From a virus (lineage: Duplodnaviria > Heunggongvirae > Uroviricota > Caudoviricetes), in IMG/VR virus record IMGVR_UViG_2939121850_000001: a DNA stretch of 64,000 nt; one strand, given 5' to 3'. The notes below the pieces were generated by a model. It had not been told where the DNA came from. It was given only the letters and a program-made list of their open reading frames with translations, and did not search any database. Shown one piece after another: positions 29,147-41,707 of the stretch; the stretch's first letter is position 1; every line of letters begins with the position of its first letter. The translations under genes were made by a program, and so were the position numbers.

Positions 29147-29586
29147 TTGGCTGGGGTGTATGCGTTCTTGCGTTAGCCTTAGCCGATCGCTATTTGCTAA
29201 AACGCAAGGACATCACGCATTTAGAACTTGGTGATGTGGAAATTAAACCGGGTTTCATCCGGGTGCCGTTCAAATACCGGTCTAAATTCCCGTTTTTGCG
29301 CGGCGCAACGGTCAGATATTGGATCCGCGATGTTCAGAAGCCGACGACAGTGATTGAAGGCGAACAACGTTGTCTGACGTCGGCTGAACAGGGCGAAAAC
29401 AGTGAATGGTTGTACATACCCACTGAATATATGGGTAAAGGAGAGCGACTGTGGCATTTCAACGTCATGGTTACGCATGGCGACTCGTTCATTAACCCGT
29501 TGTATCGGATTTTCCCTGTTACTCAGCAAATCCGCAGAAGTTACGTAATAAATCTCGCACAGGATGTGTCAGATGACGAAAAATAA
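29143..29586 (+). CDS. lydB: LydB (antiholin-like lysis regulator)
   Basis: 147-aa ORF overlapping lydA stop. Confidence 0.6.
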   Translation: MIGWGVCVLALALADRYLLKRKDITHLELGDVEIKPGFIRVPFKYRSKFPFLRGATVRYWIRDVQKPTTVIEGEQRCLTSAEQGENSEWLYIPTEYMGKGERLWHFNVMVTHGDSFINPLYRIFPVTQQIRRSYVINLAQDVSDDEK

Positions 29587-30175
29587 GTATGCAACGGTCG
29601 ATTTTGACCAGGTTAATGAAAAGGGGCTGAAATCCCTTATCGCGGCGATCAATAAAACCGGGGTTACGGTAATTGAGGTTGACTCCAGCAACCGCGCAAC
29701 AACGAAAGATGGCGTTAAAGTTAAAACCGCAAAGCTGGTTCTTAACGACGGACAAATTCTTGCCATACAGGTAAACGATACTGGCGATATATCGTCTGTG
29801 AAACTGAATGGAAAAGCTATTCCTAACGCTCAGTCGCCGGATATCAAGACGCTTGGTACCGTCATGGGACAGGCGGCTCGCAAAAACTCCGCAAAATTCC
29901 AGAAATCACTGATCGCCAAAGCGAAGCGTGTTGCCAATCCGGTAGACAAGAAACCGGCAGTTAAATCCAACTTTCAGCGCCTGCAAGAAGCAAAACAGCG
30001 GAATGCTCAGGTGGTTGCCGCTTATAAATCAGCTCAGAACTCGGTGTCTTTCAATCAACAGCAGATCACTGATTTGCGGGCGAAGCTGGATAAGGAGACA
30101 GGCCGACTCAATAACGAAAAGGCCCGAAATGGCGAACTCAAACGCCGTCTTAAGCAACTGAAAGCAGGAAATTAA
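29564..30175 (+). CDS. Hdf-like protein (DarA-fragment homolog)
   Basis: 203-aa ORF; shares AARKNSAKFQKSLIAKAK segment with the next protein (KNSAKFQRAQKKKKA). Confidence 0.55.
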   Translation: MCQMTKNKYATVDFDQVNEKGLKSLIAAINKTGVTVIEVDSSNRATTKDGVKVKTAKLVLNDGQILAIQVNDTGDISSVKLNGKAIPNAQSPDIKTLGTVMGQAARKNSAKFQKSLIAKAKRVANPVDKKPAVKSNFQRLQEAKQRNAQVVAAYKSAQNSVSFNQQQITDLRAKLDKETGRLNNEKARNGELKRRLKQLKAGN

Positions 30176-30176
30176 C

Positions 30177-32096
30177 ATGGAACAGTTCAATATCAATAAA
30201 GGGGTGACGCTCAAGCCTGGGCTTGACGTGCTTCCCCCGCCAGTGACTGATGATGAATATCGCGCATTAATGGCCGGTGAGGACCGCTATCTGATGACGG
30301 AATCCAACACCCTGGAGGAAATCGAGGCTACGTTCTTCTATGACACGCCGATCCACTGGTGTGCTACGGATTTACTGGAGGCGATTAGTTCTACTCGTTT
30401 GCAGTTACACCGGACCATGCAGGCATTTGTCCGGGCATTGAACCAGAAGCTGAATGGTACCGGAATCTCTGCGGGGAGTGATAAAACGGGGGATGTGGCC
30501 CAGAGCGGCGCGCGCGCGATCGGCGGCGCTGAAATTGGCCGGGCACGTAACGTTAACGGGCTGCCGGTCTTGCCAGCCATTATTCCGCTCAGTGATGGTC
30601 AGACTATCAGCATTCTGTTTCATAGCCCGACAGCGGAAAACCGGATCACCAATAGCGATACGCTGGTTGCTTTCCAGTTCTTACTGAATAAAAAAGACGT
30701 TACTCACACCGTTGCTCCGATGAGTGGACGTGATATGACGCTGGCGCAGGTCACCATGAAACTTGCCAACCTTGCAGAGAAAAACTCGGCAAAATTCCAG
30801 CGTGCGCAGAAGAAGAAAAAAGCCCTTGTTGATGAAATAACCCAACTACAGGCTGACAGTGACCAGAAAGAGGATGCCATGAGCGACCTCGCGGATCAGG
30901 TGGCAGCGGTAGAAGGGCAGAAGGCAGATCTGGAGCAGAAAATTAACGCTGTTGCATCGGAAGCGGATTCTCTTTATGAAGAGAATGAGCGTTTGCAGAC
31001 GGAGATTGATCAGCTCAATCGCACTGGTGGGCGCGATACCATTGCTCCAGCGGGGATGACTGGTGGGCACTCTCGCGCGCTGACGGATCGCCTTGCCAGT
31101 ATCAAAAATCGTATGCATATGGACGGGGAAGCGACGCTCAGTAATGGTGCATCAATGAAGCAATTCATTGGGGATGGTGAAGGGTATATCCAGTTAACCG
31201 ATCCGGATGGCAGCGTATACATGATCAAGGCTAAATCCATACAGGGTGTGGACATGGCAGATGCGATCGGCAAGCTGTTTAAAGCCTATAAAGCGGGTAA
31301 TGTATCGGAATATCTGGTCCAACCAGAAGAACATAAACCGGAAAACGTCGAACCTGAACCAGCGGAGGATACCGGTAGCTCTTCGCCTGAACCAGAAGTC
31401 TCTGTAGGTGCATATCGATATGCCCTGCAAATGCGTCCGGCGGCCCCTGGCGCAATACCTGAAGGTAACAAAGCGATTCTGCCGCGCCCTGATGAAGGTG
31501 ACCCGTATTATGAATATGCACGCTACGGCATTGCTACTTACGATACCCCGCTTTCTGATCAGCAAATGAGTGAGTACGATCTGAAGTTATTGCCTCGCGA
31601 GGATTCTTTCGACTTCCTGGCGAAGACACTTACTAATGGTCCGTTTGGCAAATATGCACAAAAAGCTCTGGAGCTGGCCACCAGCTCACCAGACGAGTTC
31701 CGCGTAATGCTGAAAACTCAGTTTCAAAAAACTTTCCCCAATATTGCGTTTCCTGGGGGCGCTGGCACCGAGAAAATGGTGCAGAGCATGATCAATGCAT
31801 TGCAGGCCGAAGTCGGTGAGATTACTCAGCCAGAACCGGCCCCGGCACAGCCTGATGAAACGGTTAGCGAAGCAGATGCAGAGGCTAATAAAGCCATTGA
31901 ATATCTCAATAACGTAATGGATATGCAAAGAACTGACATGGCGGAGATCCGTAACGCCCGGGGCAATGTCCGGGAAGCGATTGCAGCCCTTCAGGCTGCC
32001 GGACGTTTTGAGGAAAACGAAGAGCTGGTTAACGGAGCAGCTCGCCACCTGGCTGATCTGTTGGTAGCAATCCAGAAAGCGGGGGTAGCGGCATGA
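30177..32096 (+). CDS. darA: Virion antirestriction protein DarA
   Basis: 639-aa ORF in the lydA-lydB operon. Confidence 0.7.
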   Translation: MEQFNINKGVTLKPGLDVLPPPVTDDEYRALMAGEDRYLMTESNTLEEIEATFFYDTPIHWCATDLLEAISSTRLQLHRTMQAFVRALNQKLNGTGISAGSDKTGDVAQSGARAIGGAEIGRARNVNGLPVLPAIIPLSDGQTISILFHSPTAENRITNSDTLVAFQFLLNKKDVTHTVAPMSGRDMTLAQVTMKLANLAEKNSAKFQRAQKKKKALVDEITQLQADSDQKEDAMSDLADQVAAVEGQKADLEQKINAVASEADSLYEENERLQTEIDQLNRTGGRDTIAPAGMTGGHSRALTDRLASIKNRMHMDGEATLSNGASMKQFIGDGEGYIQLTDPDGSVYMIKAKSIQGVDMADAIGKLFKAYKAGNVSEYLVQPEEHKPENVEPEPAEDTGSSSPEPEVSVGAYRYALQMRPAAPGAIPEGNKAILPRPDEGDPYYEYARYGIATYDTPLSDQQMSEYDLKLLPREDSFDFLAKTLTNGPFGKYAQKALELATSSPDEFRVMLKTQFQKTFPNIAFPGGAGTEKMVQSMINALQAEVGEITQPEPAPAQPDETVSEADAEANKAIEYLNNVMDMQRTDMAEIRNARGNVREAIAALQAAGRFEENEELVNGAARHLADLLVAIQKAGVAA

Positions 32097-32458
32097 CACT
32101 ATCAGCTATTGAGTTAATGGATCTCAGCGATAAGTTGGATGTTCTGATGTCTAAAGCGGCGACCGCGAGTGGCATGGAGTTGCTGGATATCAGCGATGAA
32201 ATTGACCAGATCATGCAACAGATGGGGTACGGCGCGTCCGGCGGTGGTAGTGGCGAGGAAAAACAACCTTCGGAACATGATGGTGTGCCAAAACTGGTTG
32301 CTGATTTCCTGGCTGATAAATTCGCCGATCAGAGCACCGATGCATTTATCGGTACCTTGCAGGACTTGAGTCAATATGTTGGCACATACATCGACCTGGA
32401 CCAGGTTAAACAGCACACGGCGGCATGGATAGCCGCCAACATTAAAGAGGCAGCATAA
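32093..32458 (+). CDS. DdrA-like small acidic protein
   Basis: 121-aa ORF overlapping darA stop. Confidence 0.5.
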   Translation: MTLSAIELMDLSDKLDVLMSKAATASGMELLDISDEIDQIMQQMGYGASGGGSGEEKQPSEHDGVPKLVADFLADKFADQSTDAFIGTLQDLSQYVGTYIDLDQVKQHTAAWIAANIKEAA

Positions 32459-32470
32459 GGCGTAACAGGG

Positions 32471-35458
32471 ATGAGCTTAAGCGATCAGGTGGTAATGGCC
32501 ACCAGCATAGAAACGCTGATCGAGCTGCTAAAGAACCTGCCCGATTATGGGCGGGTTTCGTATGTGGTGACAGCGAAGGGAGACGAGGTAAAAACAGCGT
32601 TTGATATCGTCGATGCCTCAGCTCTTTTGGTATCCAATACTCTGGATGGGAAAATTAATCCTGACTATCCCCAGGAACTTCAGCCGCGCGACCGGACCCG
32701 CGCATCCAGCCTTCTTCAGGTTAACCAGATATCCAAAGATTTGCGGCCTGCTCAGCTTACTGATTCCGGTTTATCCAGCCATGGCGCGCCGATAATTGGT
32801 GAGGACAATGCCGTTGAGTCAGGTAATGGACGGACCATGGGGATCATCAAAGCCTATCAGGACGGTAATGCGGATCGGTATCGGGAGTACCTGATTGAAC
32901 ATGCGACCGAATTCGGCATACGGCCTGAAAAGGTTGAATCAATGACGGCTCCGGTACTGGTGCGCCGCCGGTTAACGAAGGTTGACCGTGTTCAGTTTGC
33001 CAAGGACTCAAATATTTCTGATCTCCAGGAAATGGCAGCCAGTGAAAAGGCTTTTGTTGATGCCGACAGCATAACACCGGCGATGATGGCGTTGTTTAAC
33101 CCGTCAGAAAGCGGAGATCTGCTTAGCCGCAGTAATGACGCGTTTATTCGCGGATTCATGACGCAAGTTGGTGCCACACAGGCGGCTGGCCTTGTAACTG
33201 AAGATGGGCGACCAACACGGCAACTTGTTGACCGTATACAAAACGCGATCTTTGCCAAGGCATATAAGGATGCGCGCCTGGTAAGGATGGTTGCAGAAGA
33301 ACCTGATCCGGATATGCGTAATGTTCTGACGGCGCTTAATGCGGCAGCCAATGATTTTGTCCAGATGCAGGCTTTATCAGGAGAAGCGCACAAGCAGGCT
33401 GTGACAACTATTGTTGATGGCATTGAGACAGCGGATAGCCTCGATAAAAAGGCGCTGGCGGCATTGAAAGATGCGGTAGACCTGGTAAGGCAATCGAAGG
33501 AGTCAGGCCAGCATATTACCGATGTTATTGCTCAGGGGGATATGTTCAGCGAAACGGCCCCGGAAGTGAAAGCACTCGCGTTGTTCATCGTCGCGAATAA
33601 CCGTAGCGCGAAGCGTATGGCCACCGCCTTTAAGTTGATGGCGCAACGTATCAATGATGAGTTACAGCACCAGGGCCAGGCGCTCGGGGATATGTTTGGC
33701 GGCGGCGATGTGTCGTTACAGGATATCCTTCGCCAGGTGTCTCAGGAACTGGAATACGAAGGCATGCAAGGGATATCCGGCGGTCTTTTCGAGTCCGTTT
33801 CCGGCGGTAGTTACAACGGTGTTGCTCCGTATACCAGTTTGCTATTACATCGGGCATCCGGCATCAAAGACATTATTCATCTGATCAGGCTGCTTTCCCG
33901 CACAGATCCCCAGGATGAACAGCTTGTACAAGTGCTTGCGCATTTTGTTCGAATGCCTGTTGCCGACGTGAAAAAATGGTGCCGATTATTCGGTATCAGC
34001 AATTCGTTACTTCGCGGCTTGTTAAATCACGCATCCTCCCTTGGGCGCGATGGCTTTGACGAGATAGCGCAGGCGATAAAAAACGGAGATATGCCACCAG
34101 CTATTGACTGGTTTTCCATTCGCCCAACCAGGGTGAAAGCATTCCTTAGCGCGGCGCATTTGGCATCACCATTGGCAGAAATGGTTCAGAGGTTGTCGCT
34201 CATATTCACAGACCATACCGCGTTGGGTGATCTGACTCTGGACGAGATGAAAGAAGCCTCCATTCAGTGGGCCGATCAACAAAATGAGGTTAACTCAGAC
34301 TTCTTGCCAGCATTCAGGAAGGCCGTTAGTAAAGCGGATGATGCCCGTGGAATTCTGAAGGCATTTAAGGCATTGCAAAGTCGTGTTAATAAACATGTCG
34401 GTGATATCGATGGGGTAACGGCGGAAGGCCGGGATATCCTTCAAGAGCACGGCATAACGCCAGAGTTTATTGATGAGATCAGGACTGATATGCAGCGTGA
34501 GGTCGTATCGTCCCTGCAAATCGTAGCCAGAGCGTTGGCGGATGCTAATCCGAAGAGTGCGGCCATTGTTAACCGGGTTATTGGTGATATTGAAGCATCG
34601 GAGGGCATGGGGGCGCTGAAACTCTTCCTTTCGCGAGCGTTTAATCCTAACGGCAATATTCTCCCTGGCATTATTGGTGAGGCTAAAAAGTATGTCAGTG
34701 AAGAAGAACTTGAGCAGCTTGACCAACTACTTAAGCGATTCTCATATAACCCGCAGACACGCTGGCAAATGAATCAGCGAAGTATGGGTTCGGTCCACGA
34801 GAAAGTGTTATCTGCCATGAACAGTGCGATCGCCAACTCATCCGTATCTGAAGAAAAAGCTCTTGAGTGGGCCGACTCTTTTATCACGGAAGAAGTGGAA
34901 GAAGCCCGCGCTGGACAGAATGGTGGGATAAACCTGCGCAAGGAACTTGCTGATATTTATCGCCTGACTGGCGGGAAAATATCGACCTTATCAAAGGTGG
35001 TTCACCACCAGGGAAGGGCATATGCAAATCTAAATGGTGTTGTTGCTGTCAATTTGAACGATGAAAATGCAAGTGCACTGTGGCACGAGCTGGGTCATCA
35101 TCTTGAGTACAGTAACCCCGGTTTGTTAGAGAAAGCCCGGTCATTCCTGAAGGCCAATGTTGAAGGGGGTAAGCCATCTTTCGTCAATATCGGTGGGCGT
35201 GGCAAGCCTGAATGGTGCTTCAGATCTCGATTGAGTAATATTTATATGGCGAAGGTATACCCGCCAGTCTCAGTGAGTAACTCCGGGAAAATTCGGCAGA
35301 AATCACCGACTATTTCCAAAACGTCAGCAACGGAAGTATTCTCTATGGCTCTTCAGTTGTATCATGACAAAGAGGCCGCTGCCGCATCACTGATGAATGG
35401 TGACGGATTGCTGGAACTGTTATTAGGTGTGGCAAAGGAGCTAAATAATGCAGATTAA
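32471..35458 (+). CDS. DdrB-like large Dar-associated protein
   Basis: 995-aa ORF downstream of darA/ddrA. Confidence 0.55.
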   Translation: MSLSDQVVMATSIETLIELLKNLPDYGRVSYVVTAKGDEVKTAFDIVDASALLVSNTLDGKINPDYPQELQPRDRTRASSLLQVNQISKDLRPAQLTDSGLSSHGAPIIGEDNAVESGNGRTMGIIKAYQDGNADRYREYLIEHATEFGIRPEKVESMTAPVLVRRRLTKVDRVQFAKDSNISDLQEMAASEKAFVDADSITPAMMALFNPSESGDLLSRSNDAFIRGFMTQVGATQAAGLVTEDGRPTRQLVDRIQNAIFAKAYKDARLVRMVAEEPDPDMRNVLTALNAAANDFVQMQALSGEAHKQAVTTIVDGIETADSLDKKALAALKDAVDLVRQSKESGQHITDVIAQGDMFSETAPEVKALALFIVANNRSAKRMATAFKLMAQRINDELQHQGQALGDMFGGGDVSLQDILRQVSQELEYEGMQGISGGLFESVSGGSYNGVAPYTSLLLHRASGIKDIIHLIRLLSRTDPQDEQLVQVLAHFVRMPVADVKKWCRLFGISNSLLRGLLNHASSLGRDGFDEIAQAIKNGDMPPAIDWFSIRPTRVKAFLSAAHLASPLAEMVQRLSLIFTDHTALGDLTLDEMKEASIQWADQQNEVNSDFLPAFRKAVSKADDARGILKAFKALQSRVNKHVGDIDGVTAEGRDILQEHGITPEFIDEIRTDMQREVVSSLQIVARALADANPKSAAIVNRVIGDIEASEGMGALKLFLSRAFNPNGNILPGIIGEAKKYVSEEELEQLDQLLKRFSYNPQTRWQMNQRSMGSVHEKVLSAMNSAIANSSVSEEKALEWADSFITEEVEEARAGQNGGINLRKELADIYRLTGGKISTLSKVVHHQGRAYANLNGVVAVNLNDENASALWHELGHHLEYSNPGLLEKARSFLKANVEGGKPSFVNIGGRGKPEWCFRSRLSNIYMAKVYPPVSVSNSGKIRQKSPTISKTSATEVFSMALQLYHDKEAAAASLMNGDGLLELLLGVAKELNNAD

Positions 35459-35756
35459 AATCGCAGCGCCATTAGGCGGAGATGCCATTATCGAATTTGA
35501 TGATAATGAAGAAGTTTCCGGGCGTTTAAGCATTATCTCCGGTGACATTACCGAGGACATGATCGCTGAAGCCATAGCTGGAGCAAATCCCAATAGCTAT
35601 ATGGGATTCGTTAACACCCTTGATGCTCCCGCAAGTGATGTTCTCCGAACGCTGCATCTTTACGCTGGCTGGTTTGTTGATTGGCCAGCAGTAGATGGTG
35701 GCGATGAGGACGACGACGATGATTTTGGTGATCATGTAGACCAGATCGTATATTGA
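35448..35756 (+). CDS. Small acidic protein at operon end
   Basis: 102-aa ORF overlapping previous stop; poly-Asp tail. Confidence 0.4.
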   Translation: MQIKIAAPLGGDAIIEFDDNEEVSGRLSIISGDITEDMIAEAIAGANPNSYMGFVNTLDAPASDVLRTLHLYAGWFVDWPAVDGGDEDDDDDFGDHVDQIVY

Positions 35757-35757
35757 A

Positions 35758-35789
35758 GAAATCCCGCCAATCGGCGGGATTTTTTTTTA
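35758..35789. terminator. Strong bidirectional rho-independent terminator
   Basis: AAATCCCGCC-aatc-GGCGGGATTT followed by TTTTTTTT. Confidence 0.75.
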
Positions 35790-36581
35790 ATCGCTTTCCA
35801 CTTCTTCCGTAGTGTTTTCTTGCAGTTCTGTTAATGCAGCACGACACAGGCTCCGGGCATTGGCTATAGCCACACTTTTGACTTCATCCGTCATCGTGCA
35901 GGTAATGTACTGATCGAGTTCTTCAGCGCGGATGATGCTTTTGCCAATCAGAAACTGTATTTGCCAGAGCAGATCAGCATCCATAATCAGAATTTCTGCC
36001 GGGCCTTCAGGACCAGCCGGGAAGGAAACATAAGACTGTTTGCCCAGGCCGATAACTCGACAACTTGCTTCAAGAATTGCGCGATTGAGGTCTGACTTTG
36101 TAACTGATACAGGTTGATTTTCACCTGCGATTACGCCGTTGACATGGATGTGGAATGGCATGTAGCTTGAAATTCGCTCTACTTTCCATACGCCAGCAAG
36201 CGATCCTTCATGCAGCACAATGGGGGTAACCGCGAGTTTCATCTCACCATATAACTGCTGGCAGATAGCTGGATTGCTGAATACATCCAAAGGTTCACAC
36301 TCAAACAGCGGCGCAATCTGTATGAGGTCCATCATGGTCATACCAGGGGTACGAGCAGTAATGAATCTGCGCATGCCAGTATCCATTGTGCGCCAGATAG
36401 CTACACCATGCTTTTTGCTCACTTCTTCAGTAAAGCCAAGGTGGCACATGATGGTTTTTTCGATAGCCAGATCAGAGATAGAAACCTTTTCGCCAGGTAC
36501 ACCATCATTATTGATGGTCACTTCGACACTCTGGCCATTACGCAGGCGGTATTGAATTGTTTTAGTATTTTGTGCTGTCAT
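35787..36581 (-). CDS. Hypothetical protein (264 aa)
   Basis: Track ORF trimmed to first ATG (36581); occupies the position between ddrB and ssb where I recall IS1 in P1. Confidence 0.5.
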   Translation of the reverse strand: MTAQNTKTIQYRLRNGQSVEVTINNDGVPGEKVSISDLAIEKTIMCHLGFTEEVSKKHGVAIWRTMDTGMRRFITARTPGMTMMDLIQIAPLFECEPLDVFSNPAICQQLYGEMKLAVTPIVLHEGSLAGVWKVERISSYMPFHIHVNGVIAGENQPVSVTKSDLNRAILEASCRVIGLGKQSYVSFPAGPEGPAEILIMDADLLWQIQFLIGKSIIRAEELDQYITCTMTDEVKSVAIANARSLCRAALTELQENTTEEVESD

Positions 36582-36783
36582 AGTCTTTTCTCTGCTTAAA
36601 AACTGATGTATTGCGCCTTCAGGTGGGTCAGGAATGTTTTCCCACCAGCGAAAGCAATATCTCGGGGTGTTCTTTTCGTGAAAAGCGCGTGCCATTGCCA
36701 ACTTTGGCGTTTTTTTGCGAGTTCGTGCTTTTGTCGGCGTCTTGACCACCGCTTTTCTTTCAGTCGTTTTTTACTCATAAACT

Positions 36784-37272
36784 CTAAAACGGAATATCGT
36801 CGTCAAAGTCCATTGGAGGTTCGTTATTGGCGTTGCTCTGAGGTTTACCGCCACCACTGTATTGCTGGTGGTTTTGAGGTTGGTTTGATTGCCCCCAGCC
36901 ATTTGAGGACTGTGAATCGTCACGGCGAGCGCCGATCATTTGCATGGTGCCGCCCTGGCTGACGATAATTTCCGTCGTGTAACGTTCTACACCGACGTCA
37001 TCTGTCCACTTACGGGTTTTAAGTTTCCCTTCGATGTAGACCTGAGAACCTTTTCGTAAATACTCACTCGCAATTTCAGCAAGTTTTCCGAACAAAACGA
37101 CTTTATGCCATTCTGTCTGCTCTTTCTGTTGGCCCGTTTGCTTGTCGCGCCATGATTCATTCGTTGCGATGCTGAGTCTTCCGACAGCGCCGCCATTTGG
37201 TATATACCTGATCTCCGGGTCTTGCCCCAGGGTACCAATCAGGATGACTTTGTTTACACCGCGTTGTGCCAC
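36784..37272 (-). CDS. ssb: Single-stranded DNA-binding protein
   Basis: 162-aa ORF; OB-fold N-terminus [23 protein letters not shown]..., Gly/Gln-rich linker, acidic C-terminal tip DFDDDIPF. Confidence 0.9.
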   Translation of the reverse strand: MAQRGVNKVILIGTLGQDPEIRYIPNGGAVGRLSIATNESWRDKQTGQQKEQTEWHKVVLFGKLAEIASEYLRKGSQVYIEGKLKTRKWTDDVGVERYTTEIIVSQGGTMQMIGARRDDSQSSNGWGQSNQPQNHQQYSGGGKPQSNANNEPPMDFDDDIPF

Positions 37273-37293
37273 TTATCTTACCTAATAAAATAA

Positions 37294-37310
37294 AATGATT
37301 AGAGCAATAA
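37294..37310. promoter_or_regulatory. C1 operator-like site upstream of ssb
   Basis: AATGATTAGAGCAATAA. Confidence 0.5.
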
Positions 37311-37334
37311 TGTATATCTTTGAAACGTAGCTAA

Positions 37335-37353
37335 CAAGTGATTTGCATTATCC
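37335..37353 (+). promoter_or_regulatory. Late promoter element AAGTGATTT-N4-TATCCT upstream of lyz
   Basis: One mismatch to the 9-bp palindrome. Confidence 0.45.
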
Positions 37354-37441
37354 TGTGCCTTCTAAAGGGATCGAGTCAGTCGGTATTGACTGTGAATGGG
37401 TATTTGTCCTGGAGCGTAAAAAATTCGCTTATGAGGTCTTT

Positions 37442-37999
37442 ATGAAGGGAAAAACAGCCGCAGGAGGCGGTGCAATTTGCGCTATCGCGGTGATGATTAC
37501 CATCGTGATGGGTAATGGCAATGTGCGAACCAACCAGGCGGGGCTTGAGCTTATCGGAAACGCGGAAGGTTGCCTACGTGATCCATACATGTGCCCGGCG
37601 GGTGTATGGACTGACGGGATTGGTAATACACATGGGGTAACGCCAGGCGTGCGAAAAACCGACCAGCAAATCGCCGCTGATTGGGAAAAGAATATCCTGA
37701 TCGCTGAACGCTGTATTAATCAGCACTTCCGGGGCAAAGACATGCCCGATAATGCCTTCAGCGCAATGACAAGCGCGGCATTCAATATGGGATGCAATAG
37801 TTTACGGACCTACTACAGCAAAGCGCGAGGCATGCGAGTCGAAACGTCCATCCACAAGTGGGCGCAGAAAGGGGAATGGGTGAATATGTGTAACCATCTC
37901 CCTGATTTTGTGAACAGTAACGGCGTCCCCCTGCCCGGGTTAAAGATTCGCCGTGAAAAAGAACGCCAGCTTTGCCTGACGGGGCCGGTCAATGAATAA
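37442..37999 (+). CDS. lyz: Endolysin Lyz with N-terminal signal-anchor-release domain
   Basis: 185-aa ORF MKGKTAAGGGAICAIAVMITIVMG... recognised as P1 Lyz. Confidence 0.9.
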   Translation: MKGKTAAGGGAICAIAVMITIVMGNGNVRTNQAGLELIGNAEGCLRDPYMCPAGVWTDGIGNTHGVTPGVRKTDQQIAADWEKNILIAERCINQHFRGKDMPDNAFSAMTSAAFNMGCNSLRTYYSKARGMRVETSIHKWAQKGEWVNMCNHLPDFVNSNGVPLPGLKIRREKERQLCLTGPVNE

Positions 38000-38246
38000 A
38001 CTCCGGCAGCTCCGCCGACTTTCGACAATGAAGTTATCGCTGGCGGCGATAGTTTTCGACTCGATTTTCATGGCGGTATATGTGCTCAATGAGACGTGGC
38101 CACTGGAACCGCTATTGTATGCTGGGCTTCGGCTGTGCCTGACATTTTTGAGCATGGCTGCAAGATTGATGCAGCAGAAAGAAACCGCTTCAGATTGTCC
38201 ACGCCGCGCGGTGCGCAAATATATGGCACGCAGACGAAGGCGATAA
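37992..38246 (+). CDS. Small membrane protein translationally coupled to lyz
   Basis: 84-aa ORF; ATGA overlap with lyz stop; two hydrophobic segments; basic C-terminus. Confidence 0.4.
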   Translation: MNKLRQLRRLSTMKLSLAAIVFDSIFMAVYVLNETWPLEPLLYAGLRLCLTFLSMAARLMQQKETASDCPRRAVRKYMARRRRR

Positions 38247-38257
38247 TAGTTAACGAG

Positions 38258-38286
38258 AACCCCGGCAGCCGCCGGGGTTATTTTTG
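38258..38286. terminator. Bidirectional rho-independent terminator between lysis genes and pro
   Basis: AACCCCGGC-agcc-GCCGGGGTT followed by ATTTTTGG. Confidence 0.7.
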
Positions 38287-38290
38287 GTGG

Positions 38291-41021
<2,731 letters not shown>

Positions 41022-41054
41022 TTAATTAGAATAATTCACATCGTGTTTGAACGG

Positions 41055-41073
41055 AATTTAACACTAGTCACTT
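41055..41073 (-). promoter_or_regulatory. Late promoter element (minus strand) AAGTGACTA-N4-TAAATT for prt-pro
   Basis: In the 75-bp divergent gap between prt and darB. Confidence 0.4.
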
Positions 41074-41087
41074 GTTAAGGATTACCA

Positions 41088-41707
41088 ATGAACAAGCTAT
41101 CTATGGGGGTGTTTCGCTGTTCAAGTGTCAGCGAAATATTGAAATACATTAGGGCAATAACATCTCACCGAGCGCCGATTAAATATGGCGTGGAAAAGGT
41201 GGAAGGCAAAAGCTATGACCGACTGCGCCGGGAGGCGAATCAGAAGGCGATAGATTTGCTTAATTCGCTGGTGGACGGCGCGACACTGACAGATGAACAG
41301 CGCCAGATCCTGGCTGGGTACACCGGTGAAGGCGGCATTGGCGGGTCCGTCTCCGAATATTACACACCAAAGCCGATCGCTGAAGGTGTCTGGGAGATCA
41401 TGAAGCTCTACGGCGCGGACGTAGGTAACACTCTGGAACCATCGGCGGGAACCGGCGTTTTTAATGAGACAAAACCGGTTGGTACGGTGATGACCGCGAC
41501 TGAGATCAGCAGTGTTTCCGGTCGTATAAACCAGTTGTTACACCCGGAAGACAGCGTACAGATTTCCCCGTTCGAACAGCTGGCTGTAAGCACGCCTAAC
41601 GATTCATTCGACCATGTTGTGGGTAACGTTCCGTTCGGCGGTCGTGATAACACACGCAACATCGATAAGCCTTACGCAGAAGAAACGGACATGGGTTCTT
41701 ACTTCAT
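41088..41707 (+). pseudogene. darB: darB 5' fragment (methyltransferase-like N-terminus), cut by IS insertion
   Basis: Track ORF 41088-41717 reads into the IS inverted repeat and stops at TAG 41715; contains EPSAGTGVF and NVPF motifs. Confidence 0.75.

Noticed and set aside
35787-36749. 320-aa version of the hypothetical gene with GTG start
   Set aside because: N-terminal extension overlaps the ssb-proximal region; trimmed to first ATG (36581).
41055-41087. Palindrome read as a plus-strand late promoter for darB
   Set aside because: Predicted start would fall at or after the darB ATG; only the minus-strand reading gives sensible spacing.
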